A stretch of 64,000 bases of DNA, taken from the NCBI GenBank assembly GCA_047284725.1, contig JBJBEO010000001.1:320001-384000 (forward strand), written 5' to 3'. A program made the translations under genes and the position numbers. Positions 1 to 9,353 of the stretch are shown here, piece after piece. Origin of the DNA: Synechococcus sp. Its GTDB lineage: Bacteria; Cyanobacteriota; Cyanobacteriia; PCC-6307; Cyanobiaceae. Numbering within the stretch: position 1 is the stretch's first letter; each line of letters starts with the position of its first letter. The notes under the pieces are model-generated. The model saw only the letters and a list, made by a program, of their open reading frames with translations, ran no database searches and was not told the DNA's origin.

Positions 1-2
1 GG

Positions 3-701
3 ATGCAGCAGCAAGGCCTTGCTGCATCAACGCAGTCAACGATCCTGAGCACGATCCGCAGTGTGCAACCAAGAAACAACGCCCTGCAGGCGGTGAGGGT
101 GAAGGTGCCTGCCAGACGAGTTCAGGAGGAAGTGCCGAGCAGGCATGAGATCCAGGCGGTTCTGGAGGATCTCAAGACGCATGAACGATGGTTCTATCCA
201 GTGTTTGCACTGTGGTTAGGAACTGGTTCGCGGAACGCGGAGGTGATTGGTTTGAGCTGGGATGCAGTGCGGTTGGAGGATGGCGAACTGCTGATCCACA
301 AGACCCTGAAGCGCGATGGAACAGCGACGCATCGACGCACCTGGAGCACCACCAAAACCGGTAGGAGTCGCGTGGTTCCTCTCCGGGAGGATCTGGTGGT
401 TTTGCTCCAGGTGCACCAGCAGCGGATGAAGTGTCTGGGACTGGATGTTCAGAGGGGACTGGTGTTCGTCACCCACAGAACCCACCGTCACCTCTATGAC
501 TCAGGGTTGGAGAAGGTGTGGAAGCGATCTCAGCAGCGGGTTGGACTGATGCCAAGGCGTTTGTATGCCCAACGCCATTCCTTCTTGAGTCACGCCTTAG
601 CAATGGGGAACTCTCCTGCGGATCTTGCTGCTGTTTCCGGCCATCATTCTCTTGTCAATTTGTTTAAAAGATTTGAGTTTATGAATCGAACTTACCGATG
701 A
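3..701 (+). pseudogene. Tyrosine recombinase/phage integrase, 5' end outside window, C-terminus apparently truncated
   Basis: LWLGTGSRNAEVIGLSWD (box I Arg), TTKTGRSRVVPL, YAQRHSFLSHAL...GH (box II); similarity breaks right after 'SGH' where AT-rich DNA begins, so the catalytic Tyr segment appears replaced. Confidence 0.75.
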
Positions 702-717
702 GCATTGGCGGCATAAT

Positions 718-1521
718 TTAAGATTCTCTTCGGTATTGTTCTCTCGCTAGTATTGCAACAAGCAACGTATACAAGCTGATGATTAGCAGCTGATAAAATG
801 ACAGAAAGGGTATTTGTCTTTCGATAATGATGTCTGAACCAAACATCCCCGAACGACTTCCCTTCACAATTAGGACGCCCTTTCGATACTTGTCAATGGT
901 TTTCTCGATTGATGATGGCTGGATTGATATACTTTTGATATTAAGGCTTGAATGATTAATAAGGCTAGAAAAAATATCACTTAGCCTTGGGTCAGGTATT
1001 CTTTTGCCAAAATAAAGGCATCCATAATTAACCTCGCTTTTGCTACTTTCTGTTGGCGAGATAGGTGATGAGCTTATTAGATATGTGCTGCCAAAAATTG
1101 CCGTAAAGCTACTTCCGCATTCTTGGAATGATGAGGAAATTTCTTTAGTGGTTTCGGGATTTATAGATTCAAACGACTGAGTGTCTTCGCTCCAAACTTT
1201 GCCAGAAACCGGCTCTTTGGCCTCGTTGATGACAATCGCTATCTGAATAACTCTCGATGTATCTTCATTAAAGTTGTCGATAAAGTAATTCTCATATCGC
1301 TGTTTAACCAACTCAACTGTGTCGTCCCAGCTAGCCCAGTCATAAACGTTCGCTTCGTTTTGTTCTACCAAAGCGCTAATAGAATCATTTATTCTATTTG
1401 ATATTTGCTCGTCAACGATTCTGTTGGATCTTATTGATTGAATGGAAGCAGATACAAATAAAAGAGTAGCAAGAGTAATCTGTGCGTAGTAGCCTTGCTT
1501 GCGTTTAAATTCGATAGCCAT
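718..1521 (-). CDS. CHASE4-domain membrane sensor protein with no cytoplasmic output domain
   Basis: N-terminal TM, DWASWDDT and YFIDNF motifs typical of CHASE4, GCLYFGK motif, C-terminal TM. Confidence 0.65.
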   Translation of the reverse strand: MAIEFKRKQGYYAQITLATLLFVSASIQSIRSNRIVDEQISNRINDSISALVEQNEANVYDWASWDDTVELVKQRYENYFIDNFNEDTSRVIQIAIVINEAKEPVSGKVWSEDTQSFESINPETTKEISSSFQECGSSFTAIFGSTYLISSSPISPTESSKSEVNYGCLYFGKRIPDPRLSDIFSSLINHSSLNIKSISIQPSSIEKTIDKYRKGVLIVKGSRSGMFGSDIIIERQIPFLSFYQLLIISLYTLLVAILAREQYRRES

Positions 1522-1531
1522 TGGGTTAAGT

Positions 1532-2023
1532 TTATAACCGACTGAAAACTGACTTTTGCATTAGTCCCATTAGAGCTTTACGATCTTCTTCCCCAACGCG
1601 CATGTCATATACAAATAGTTGGTCGCCTGCTCCACGCTTAATATAAACGTCAACTGGTATCAAATCCCCCCCGATGTTTTTGGCTGAAACGCAGAGTACA
1701 AAATTGTCTTTGTTCTCATGAATAAAAATTTCTGGGTGATGCTTAACTATATACAGCGATTCTACTGCCCCCGTATTATTGTTGAGGTAGGCAAATGATT
1801 CGTCGGCGACTAAAGTCTCTAAAAAATTAAGCATCTTTGAATGTAATGAAAGTTTAAGCCCGCCATTCTCTAATTCTTTGTTGGCAATGTTTTGATTTTC
1901 TGCTAATTGCTCTGTGGGATTTGCTGGACTGGCATCCTCGTCTTTACTGGTTGATTCGCTTTGAAATTCACAGCCCGTTAGCAACAGAATCGCAAGTGCC
2001 AACGATGATTTTGTAAAGCTCAT
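1532..2023 (-). CDS. Putative lipoprotein, unknown function
   Basis: Signal peptide with lipobox LLLTG-C; 10 bp upstream of the CHASE4 gene (operon). Confidence 0.7.
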   Translation of the reverse strand: MSFTKSSLALAILLLTGCEFQSESTSKDEDASPANPTEQLAENQNIANKELENGGLKLSLHSKMLNFLETLVADESFAYLNNNTGAVESLYIVKHHPEIFIHENKDNFVLCVSAKNIGGDLIPVDVYIKRGAGDQLFVYDMRVGEEDRKALMGLMQKSVFSRL

Positions 2024-2118
2024 AGATTTTCTTCTAGCATCCTTAGCTATAATAAATGGTTGTTGGCTTAAGGGAGGGCATTGACTTATCTCTTGATCTC
2101 TTCACTTGGCCTTAACCG

Positions 2119-4335
2119 TTGGACTTTAGTCGTTTACACAAATTAAGACGGATCAAATTCTCGGCAGCGCTTCCGTCACTGGTGGGGGTTGTTGTTTTTT
2201 ATACTGTCCTTTTCGCATATTCTGAGTATCAGGCAAAAAATACCTACGACGATTTTTATTCTTCCTCGGCTAGATCGTTGGCATTCGCCAACAAGCTATT
2301 AGGCACCTCTTTAGGTTTTTCTTCGGATAAATTATCCTTGCTTCAGGATAAAAAAGCGAAGGATTTGTTGCGTCTATTGTCTCTAAATGCAAATGCTCAA
2401 TGTCTTTCTATTGAGGGGGAATCATATACGCTTTTTTATCCACCAGGTCAATTTTGCTTTTCTGGAGGTGATCCAATTGTAATTCAGGACAAGCTGCAAA
2501 AATCTTCAGGACTATCTTTGAAATTATACATTGATGGCGAATCTGTTTCTAATGTAGTCGATCAAAATCGTCTTGTTAGCTATATTGGCGGAACTCTTTT
2601 GGTCTTAGGGGCTCTCGCATCTGCTTCAATTTATTCCTATCGCAAAGCATTGAGGCAACGTTATGAGACAGATCGCTTGATTGACAAGATCATTGCATCT
2701 AGTCCGAATCCCTATATTATTGTTGATCAAAACTTTAGGATTGCCTCTATCTCTGATTCCTTGAGCGGTCTTCTCCTCGATACTGCCGATCATCAGAGTA
2801 CTGACAGAGCTCATAATGATTCGTCTGTTGACTTGACATGCTTCTTTTCCTCTGATTCGGCAGAGCGTATTGTGTCTTTTTTGTCTCAATTAAACATAGA
2901 TGAATTTAAGGGTTCGGTGTCTTTGAGGGATTTGAATGTCGCCTTCAAGAAGACCTTGGTTTTTGCTTCATCTATTTCTGTTATACGTAATTCTACGACT
3001 TCTAATTTCTTTTTTAGTCTTTTTGATGAAACACAATCTTCTGTCCAGAAAAGCTATTTAGCTGAGCAGTTGAGTAGAGACTCTCTCACTGGGGCATTCT
3101 CTCGTAGATATTTATTTGAAACCTATGGAGGGGTATCACGCAAAGATCAGTATTGCCTCTTTCTGATAGATCTCGATGACTTTAGGGATATCAACGATTC
3201 TTATGGGCATGATGCTGGTGATCAGCTTTTGTTTGCATTTGCATCGGTCTTGGCTGCGTTTAGTGCTCGTAATCAGGGTGAAGTCTATCGACTTGGTGGT
3301 GATGAGTTTGTTGTTCTGTTGAAGGTTTCCAATGTTAATTTGTTGTCTTCTTTCAGTGAGAGCTTACATGCTTTGTCGGAAATTTCGTTTCTTTATATGG
3401 AGCGTCCAATTAACAACACATTCTCTTTTGGATCAACGGTGTTTGCTTCCTCTGAATGTTTGTCGGATGCGTTGAAGCGTGCGGATGAGGCTCTAATCCA
3501 GGCTAAAAAAAGTGGGAAAAAAGCATATGTCGTGGCTGAAAAAAATAAGTTAATTGATGGCCTTTTCTCCATATCACATCAAGCTAGCCTCAGTCTTACA
3601 GAGACAAAGGAGGCTTTTAACGCTGGCCATCTTGAGTTGTATCTTCAGCCAGTTTTTAATACCGTTTTGAGTTCTTTCGTTGGCTATGAGGCACTTGTCC
3701 GTCTGCATCGTGATAGTCATTTGATTTCTCCTGCTGCTTTTTTGGACTCCTTGTATAAGCTTTCTGCGCGTTCTGATTATGTAATTGATCATTATGATCT
3801 GCTTGCAGATCTATTTGTAAAATTGCCAGATGGTGGTGATTTCTGGATCTCCTATAATGTGAATGAGGTTGACCTTAGTGATAATTGCTTTGAGAGATTG
3901 CTAGATGCTCTCAAATGTCGTACGGGAGACTACAAGGATCGGATTGTACTTGAGATTTCCGAAACTACCTTCCAGGCTACTCAGTATTCATCCTCTCTTT
4001 TGGACCGTATTTCACTCTTGAAGTCTAAGGGCTTTAGGCTCGCACTCGACGATTTTGGTGTTCTCTCGTCGAATATTTTTGCTTTATCAAATTTACCGGT
4101 TGATATTGTCAAGCTTGACAAGTTTTTGGTGACTGGCATTCGCGAGAATCTTAAAAATCAACGGATCATCGAGTCGTTAAGGTCTCTCTCTGAATCTCTT
4201 GATTTTGAATTGATAGCTGAAGGCATTGAGTCCACTGACGAAGCAGCCTGTTTGGAAGGTTTGGGCATCGTGCTGCATCAGGGCTTTCTCTATGGGAGAC
4301 CATCACCCATTACCGATTTCCTCTCGTCCATGTAG
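2119..4335 (+). CDS. Membrane-anchored PAS-like/GGDEF/EAL diguanylate cyclase-phosphodiesterase
   Basis: Two TMs, SPNPYIIVD (PAS-like), DSLTGAFSRR, DLDDFRDINDSYGHDAGD, RLGGDEF, EALVRL, LDDFG, IAEGIE, QGFLYGRP. Confidence 0.92.
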   Translation: MDFSRLHKLRRIKFSAALPSLVGVVVFYTVLFAYSEYQAKNTYDDFYSSSARSLAFANKLLGTSLGFSSDKLSLLQDKKAKDLLRLLSLNANAQCLSIEGESYTLFYPPGQFCFSGGDPIVIQDKLQKSSGLSLKLYIDGESVSNVVDQNRLVSYIGGTLLVLGALASASIYSYRKALRQRYETDRLIDKIIASSPNPYIIVDQNFRIASISDSLSGLLLDTADHQSTDRAHNDSSVDLTCFFSSDSAERIVSFLSQLNIDEFKGSVSLRDLNVAFKKTLVFASSISVIRNSTTSNFFFSLFDETQSSVQKSYLAEQLSRDSLTGAFSRRYLFETYGGVSRKDQYCLFLIDLDDFRDINDSYGHDAGDQLLFAFASVLAAFSARNQGEVYRLGGDEFVVLLKVSNVNLLSSFSESLHALSEISFLYMERPINNTFSFGSTVFASSECLSDALKRADEALIQAKKSGKKAYVVAEKNKLIDGLFSISHQASLSLTETKEAFNAGHLELYLQPVFNTVLSSFVGYEALVRLHRDSHLISPAAFLDSLYKLSARSDYVIDHYDLLADLFVKLPDGGDFWISYNVNEVDLSDNCFERLLDALKCRTGDYKDRIVLEISETTFQATQYSSSLLDRISLLKSKGFRLALDDFGVLSSNIFALSNLPVDIVKLDKFLVTGIRENLKNQRIIESLRSLSESLDFELIAEGIESTDEAACLEGLGIVLHQGFLYGRPSPITDFLSSM

Positions 4336-4461
4336 TGGGCTGTATGTGGAGAATATTTTCTTTTCTAAATTTTCCACTTGCTCGTTGTTGATGGCTGGTC
4401 AGATTCACCGGTAAGTTTGTATCCTGGATATCTTACTCTTGCAAGATTCACCCAGCTCAAA

Positions 4462-4600
4462 TCAGTCTCTCTCCATTCTGCTGGCGCACTGTTCACTGAA
4501 GTGTCCGCTGCATCCGTGCGGCGACTCCGACTTCCTCCCAATGCCAGACCCATTCCATCTCGTGCATGATGAAGGCAGCGAATTGGGTTGATCCGATCAT
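4462..4600 (-). pseudogene. Decayed duplicate of the 3' end of the PLD gene at 6422-6570
   Basis: 26-bp exact match 4496-4521 = 6464-6489 with gap-free partial similarity beyond; translates MIGSTQFAAFIMHEMEWVWHWEEVGVAARMQRTLQ* vs IIESPQLAKHFTREMDRLWRGAELGITARMQRTLQR. Confidence 0.85.
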
Positions 4601-4806
4601 GCGCTTAATGAAGTTTTTTGAGGGATCTGCAGATGCATGACCATCAAAGCATATCTTCGTAATTGTCCAATAAGATAATTTTTAAGTATTTACCCCTACA
4701 GCTTTAGGTGTATTACGCAAAGAAAAAAAATTTATAGCAAACCTTTTTCTTGTTTTTTCGTGCGGGCTTGGGCTATTGTCTTAAATGAGACTAGTGGATT
4801 GATGAC

Positions 4807-6300
4807 GTGAGTACTCTCCCGCGGCTGTCTTCCAAGCTCTGCATATCTGCTGCTATTGCTGTAACTGGAATCGGCTTCAGCCTACTCATCGCTCGCAGAA
4901 CATATGACCTCATTTATCCCTCATTGCGTTCTTTGGGTAATACAACAACAAGCTACCTTTCCACTTGGAATTGCAAAAAAACGCACGAGCTTCTTTCTGA
5001 GTTAACAGTGCATCGCTTAAGGGCTCAAAATCACCAATCACATGCTGGACATGGCGATACCATCCCCGCAGTTGATGTCATTTTGGGAACATACTCGCCC
5101 ATGGATGGTAGAGTTAGTGATTTTCATTCCTTAGTACCAGCCTCTCGGCAGTCTGTGCAGATTATTGAGTCGTTTATTGGCAAAGATAAGTTAGACGCTA
5201 ATGCTGACAAGATTCATGATCATTCCGACACTACTGCAACGTCTTCTCGTCCATCAGTAGAAATTTCACCTATTATATCTGCTCCTAATAAATATCTCTC
5301 TGAGTCGGCTTGTGAGCAGTTAAAGCATGGGCTTTCTCCTCAAAATGTACATATTTATGCACTGGACTTTGCTCAATTTGAAGCTCTTGCGCAAGATCCA
5401 CGCGCCGATGACACCTGGATGCTCTTCCTGTATGGACCTTGGCAAGATTCTCGCGGTAAACCAAGTTACTCTTTCGCAATCTCAAGAATATCACCTCATT
5501 ACGTAGAGATAAACGGAAAACGAACGCCTCTCAGGTCACTCCTCCCAGCGGGAGCAGGCGAGGTGTCTGTACAAGTCAATGTGGTCCCAATTGATAGTGC
5601 TAAGACATCTGCTCGCCTTGTTAAAGCCTTCCCTTTCCTTCTAGATTCAGAAGATACGTTGAGTTCACATAAAATTCTCCCATTTGCAAATAACATATAT
5701 TCAATTTCTTCTGCTGTTTCGTCTGACTCTTTTGAAAAAGCGTCTATTGGTGCATCCCTGCCTTTTGCAATATTAGGTGTTCTGATGTCTTTGGCGATTG
5801 CCGCTTTGGTCTACAGGCTGCAGTCATACTTTGAAAGTCGGCACGACCTTGTTCTTGCCGAAAGTCGAACTGACAACTTAACCAAAATACCAAACAGGCG
5901 GTCTTGGGATGAGCGTTTGAAATCTTCTGAACTTCAGCGTTTGAATTCAAAAAGACAGTTTCATGTTATTGTTGTTGACCTGAATGCTTTTAAGGAGATC
6001 AATGATTCACTGGGCCATGAGTATGGTGATCAGTTGCTGCAAAAAGCATCTGGTTCTTTGGCCTCTGTGTTGAGAGGTGAAGAGGATTTTGTTGCACGTT
6101 TAGGCGGTGACGAATTTGGTTTGATTTTTAGTGGGACTGAGGTTTCGCCTGAGGCATTAACAGCCAGAGTCAAGAAGCAATTGAAGGACGATAAAATCAA
6201 CGCAGCCGTGGGAATCGGTTCTACTTCCATTCAGCGTTCTGTTCATGATGCCTGGTCTGATGCTGATAAGGGAATGTATGTCGACAAGAAAGCGATTTGA
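4807..6300 (+). CDS. Diguanylate cyclase with extracytoplasmic sensor domain
   Basis: TM-periplasmic-TM, TDNLTKIPNRR, DLNAFKEINDSLGHEYGD, RLGGDEF, ADKGMY. Confidence 0.92.
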   Translation: MSTLPRLSSKLCISAAIAVTGIGFSLLIARRTYDLIYPSLRSLGNTTTSYLSTWNCKKTHELLSELTVHRLRAQNHQSHAGHGDTIPAVDVILGTYSPMDGRVSDFHSLVPASRQSVQIIESFIGKDKLDANADKIHDHSDTTATSSRPSVEISPIISAPNKYLSESACEQLKHGLSPQNVHIYALDFAQFEALAQDPRADDTWMLFLYGPWQDSRGKPSYSFAISRISPHYVEINGKRTPLRSLLPAGAGEVSVQVNVVPIDSAKTSARLVKAFPFLLDSEDTLSSHKILPFANNIYSISSAVSSDSFEKASIGASLPFAILGVLMSLAIAALVYRLQSYFESRHDLVLAESRTDNLTKIPNRRSWDERLKSSELQRLNSKRQFHVIVVDLNAFKEINDSLGHEYGDQLLQKASGSLASVLRGEEDFVARLGGDEFGLIFSGTEVSPEALTARVKKQLKDDKINAAVGIGSTSIQRSVHDAWSDADKGMYVDKKAI

Positions 6301-6421
6301 GTAGTTGTGGATCTGTTGTTTAATGGCTGTCGTCGCGTCCTGACAACCAAGTACGCTGCTTTGCCCTTTTCTTTGTGACGAGTTTTGCGGATCATTTCTT
6401 TAGGTCAATGCCCGAGCCAAC

Positions 6422-7840
6422 TCATCCCCTCCGGGTCCCACTGCCGCATTGCTCCCGTCGTCGCTGAAGTGTCCGCTGCATCCGTGCGGTGATGCCAAGT
6501 TCCGCCCCACGCCAGAGGCGGTCCATCTCACGGGTGAAGTGTTTGGCGAGTTGGGGTGACTCGATGATCAGGAGCGTTTCATCGTTGGTGTGGGCTGCGG
6601 ACGGGCTCCAGTTGAACGATCCTGTGATCACGGTTTTGTTATCGATCACGGCGAACTTGTGGTGCAGCTTGTCGCCGTGGGCGAGACGTGGGGTGCCGAC
6701 ACCCTTGAGGGGGCGTTCCAAGGGTTTGTTCCCTGCCTCCAGTTTGCAGAAGCGGTCGGGCATGGAGAGGCCAAGGAGATCAAGCACCTCTGAGAACGGC
6801 CGGCTTGCAAAGCCTGGATCGGCCAAGAGCCGCACGTCGGTGCCTTCATCGATTTTGTCGGCCAAGGTGTCCGTCAGCTCCTGGGCGGAAAAGACAAACA
6901 ACGCCAGATCGATGCTGTGCCTGGCTTGGTTGAGTTCATGCTTGATCAGGTGAAGGCCGTGCTTGGGATTGTGTCTGGCATGGGGAGCAAACAGCACGGT
7001 GATACGGCTGTCTACAACCCTCACGGTTGCTCCGTTGGGATCCCCTTTGCCGCGGCCAAAACGGCTGTTCTCAAGTCCGCCGGGGCCATCGCCCCACATC
7101 CGGTTGAACTCAGTCGTGAAGACGGCGGCCAAGGCAGCACTGTCGATCCGCAGCAGGTGGTTGACGTTGCCGCGGGTGCGAGGTGCTCCGGCATCGCCAT
7201 GCATGCCGGAGCTCGTGAAGTTGGCGCTGCCGCTGATCACCACCCGTTGATCCACCACCACGAACTTGTGGTGCATGAGACCACTTCCCTTGCTGCCGTC
7301 TTCGGTGTCGTCGATTCTGGGCACGGAACCACGGTCGAGCTGAGCCAAGGCATCTCCTTGTTGCTCTTCGTCTGTGGTGATGAGCCCATTGCCATCGCTG
7401 TCGGCGAGTTGACGCAGTCGGTGCAGGCGTCGCCGTTCGTGCTTGTTGAGATCGCTTTCATGGAGGTCGCTCCACGGGGTGCTGTACGTGTTCTCCAGCA
7501 CGACGCGGACATCAACGCCCCGTTGCTGGGCCCGGACGAGGGCCTCGGCGATGGCCGGAAGGCTGAGCTCTTGCACTGCAACGAAGCAGTCTTTCTCGGC
7601 GGCATCGATCGCATCGATCACCATTTGCTCGAGATTGTCGCCGTTGCGCCAGTGGCCATCGAGGGGGCTGCGATAGCGGCTTCCATCACGGTGGTTGAAC
7701 GCCAAGGTGATGTGGTCGGGTAGTGGCGGATCGTCCGCAGCTCTACCGAGCAGCTCCCCGGGTTGGCTGCAACCAACACACAGCAAGGGAAGCAAGGCGA
7801 GAAGAGCCGTCCTCAGTGTGCCTGTCGTGTTGTGGTTCAT
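6422..7840 (-). CDS. Phospholipase D-family nuclease lipoprotein (ComA-like)
   Basis: Two HKD motifs (HHKFVVVD...GSAN; HHKFAVID...GSFN), lipobox LCVG-C; start chosen at ATG 7840. Confidence 0.85.
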   Translation of the reverse strand: MNHNTTGTLRTALLALLPLLCVGCSQPGELLGRAADDPPLPDHITLAFNHRDGSRYRSPLDGHWRNGDNLEQMVIDAIDAAEKDCFVAVQELSLPAIAEALVRAQQRGVDVRVVLENTYSTPWSDLHESDLNKHERRRLHRLRQLADSDGNGLITTDEEQQGDALAQLDRGSVPRIDDTEDGSKGSGLMHHKFVVVDQRVVISGSANFTSSGMHGDAGAPRTRGNVNHLLRIDSAALAAVFTTEFNRMWGDGPGGLENSRFGRGKGDPNGATVRVVDSRITVLFAPHARHNPKHGLHLIKHELNQARHSIDLALFVFSAQELTDTLADKIDEGTDVRLLADPGFASRPFSEVLDLLGLSMPDRFCKLEAGNKPLERPLKGVGTPRLAHGDKLHHKFAVIDNKTVITGSFNWSPSAAHTNDETLLIIESPQLAKHFTREMDRLWRGAELGITARMQRTLQRRREQCGSGTRRG

Positions 7841-7918
7841 CGGATCCCGCACCCCTGAGAGGATCATTCCCCGCAGCATCCTGGAGGGATCAGGGTGACT
7901 CGCTGACCCGTGGGGCCA

Positions 7919-8107
7919 TCAGTGCGGCATCTCTGCTGTGAGAAGCATCGCCACAAACCAGAGGGTGCTTAGGACGAGGGCAACGCCGACGCCGGCACCA
8001 ATGCCAACCCTCGCGATGGTGAGGGGCACCGCAAGAGGAAAGGCCATCGCCCCGACAAGCGGAGTGATGGCCACGATCCAACGCAGAGTTGAACGTTCGC
8101 TGTTCAT
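7919..8107 (-). CDS. Small two-TM conserved hypothetical protein
   Basis: 62 aa, two hydrophobic helices, directly downstream of the DUF4912 gene. Confidence 0.7.
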   Translation of the reverse strand: MNSERSTLRWIVAITPLVGAMAFPLAVPLTIARVGIGAGVGVALVLSTLWFVAMLLTAEMPH

Positions 8108-8111
8108 AAAG

Positions 8112-9203
8112 TTAAAACCATTCTAATTGAGTTTCGCTCGCCGGATTGGTGTTGTCTTCCGGTGTGACGCGCTCGAAGTTGAGCGTGATGTTTCGCGTCT
8201 GTTCGCCATCAGCTGCAGTCGCTTCAATCGGGTACAGCTGTTTGCCATCGCGGAAGGGCACCTGAATCCGGAAGGTGCCATCGCTGGACAGGGGCACATC
8301 CTCTCCTCCGATGGTGAGACGGGCGGAAGGATCGGTGGCGCCGTAAACGATCAGTTCAGCATCGGCAATCAGCCAGAACGAGCGCTGACGAGGAGCGACA
8401 CCGCCAAGGCCTGATTCGTTGCGGCCACTTGCCCACAGGCCAGCGCCGGAATCACTCAGGCCCCGTTGATCACTGCCGAGGCCTTCCTGCTCGTGCAGCA
8501 CCTCTGAGCCGACCCGACGGCTGCGGAAGTGCGTGGTGGCGGTTTGATAGAGACGTTCATGCAATCCACTGTCCGTTGATTCGGTGGGCTTCACCTGGAC
8601 AGGCGCAGGCGCAGCGGCCGCTGGGGTGGAGTCGAGGCTGAAGGGCACGAACTGGTCAAGGATCTGTTCGCTTGGGTGCAGTGCAGGAACGCGAGCGATC
8701 GAAGAGAAGGCCAGGGACATCCAGGTTGAACCAGCCCTGTAACCGAGTTCAACGCGATAGTCGCGATCACAGAGGGGAACCGGGAGGTACCACTCGGTGC
8801 TGTGACTGTCGACGGGAACTTCCTGCAGAGTGTGGGGGTGGGAGCTGCCGTCTTGGATCCCGGTCACGTCGGCCAGGCGCAGGCTGAGATGACCGGCGCC
8901 ATCGGCCTGGGCACGCTTGCGATCGGTGTCGGCGATTTCCCAGAACACGTAGGCCCACTGGGGATCGCGGGGAAGAAAGACAACTCGGGTCGACGCTTCG
9001 ATGTGACTGGGCGCAGAGGACGCCAATTCGATGGGTTCTTCATCGACCACCTTGCGCTCTTGGCGCTCAGCGATGGCGGACACCAAAGCGTCCTTGCTTT
9101 TGCGGCTGTAGAGCGTCACGCCCAGATCGCTGGCCATTTGGCGCAGTTGACGCAGTGTGAGGCGGGCCAACGAAGACAGTGCTTGCGTCACGAAAGGAGT
9201 CAA
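8112..9203 (-). CDS. DUF4912 protein with Rho-N-like N-terminus
   Basis: LTLRQLRQMASDLGVTLYSRKSK; FLPRDPQWAYVFWE; FWLIADAELIVYGATDP. Confidence 0.85.
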   Translation of the reverse strand: MTPFVTQALSSLARLTLRQLRQMASDLGVTLYSRKSKDALVSAIAERQERKVVDEEPIELASSAPSHIEASTRVVFLPRDPQWAYVFWEIADTDRKRAQADGAGHLSLRLADVTGIQDGSSHPHTLQEVPVDSHSTEWYLPVPLCDRDYRVELGYRAGSTWMSLAFSSIARVPALHPSEQILDQFVPFSLDSTPAAAAPAPVQVKPTESTDSGLHERLYQTATTHFRSRRVGSEVLHEQEGLGSDQRGLSDSGAGLWASGRNESGLGGVAPRQRSFWLIADAELIVYGATDPSARLTIGGEDVPLSSDGTFRIQVPFRDGKQLYPIEATAADGEQTRNITLNFERVTPEDNTNPASETQLEWF

Positions 9204-9302
9204 CCAGGTTTCTTTGGGATCAGTCTGCGTGAAACCTCTCCGTTTCGATCACCTTGCTGCCGCAGGGTCAGAGGATCCTGACCACCGCACCTCTGCAGAC
9301 GC

Positions 9303-9331
9303 AAAAAAAACGGGGGCTCAAAGCCCCCGTT
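9303..9331 (-). terminator. Intrinsic terminator of cpcG
   Basis: aacgggggct-caa-agcccccgtt hairpin followed by a T8 tract on the minus strand. Confidence 0.85.
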
Positions 9332-9353
9332 GTGTGGATATTTCCGCCGAGAT

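Larger units (their letters stand above)
1..6420. mobile_element. Accessory genomic island (right part), bounded by the 3' end of the core PLD gene
   Basis: Integrase fragment, visibly AT-rich sequence from ~640 to ~6420 versus the GC-rich core, non-core signalling genes. Confidence 0.75.

Noticed and set aside
4686..4699. GTA-N8-TAC NtcA-like box upstream of the GGDEF gene
   Set aside because: No correctly spaced -10 element; likely by chance in AT-rich DNA
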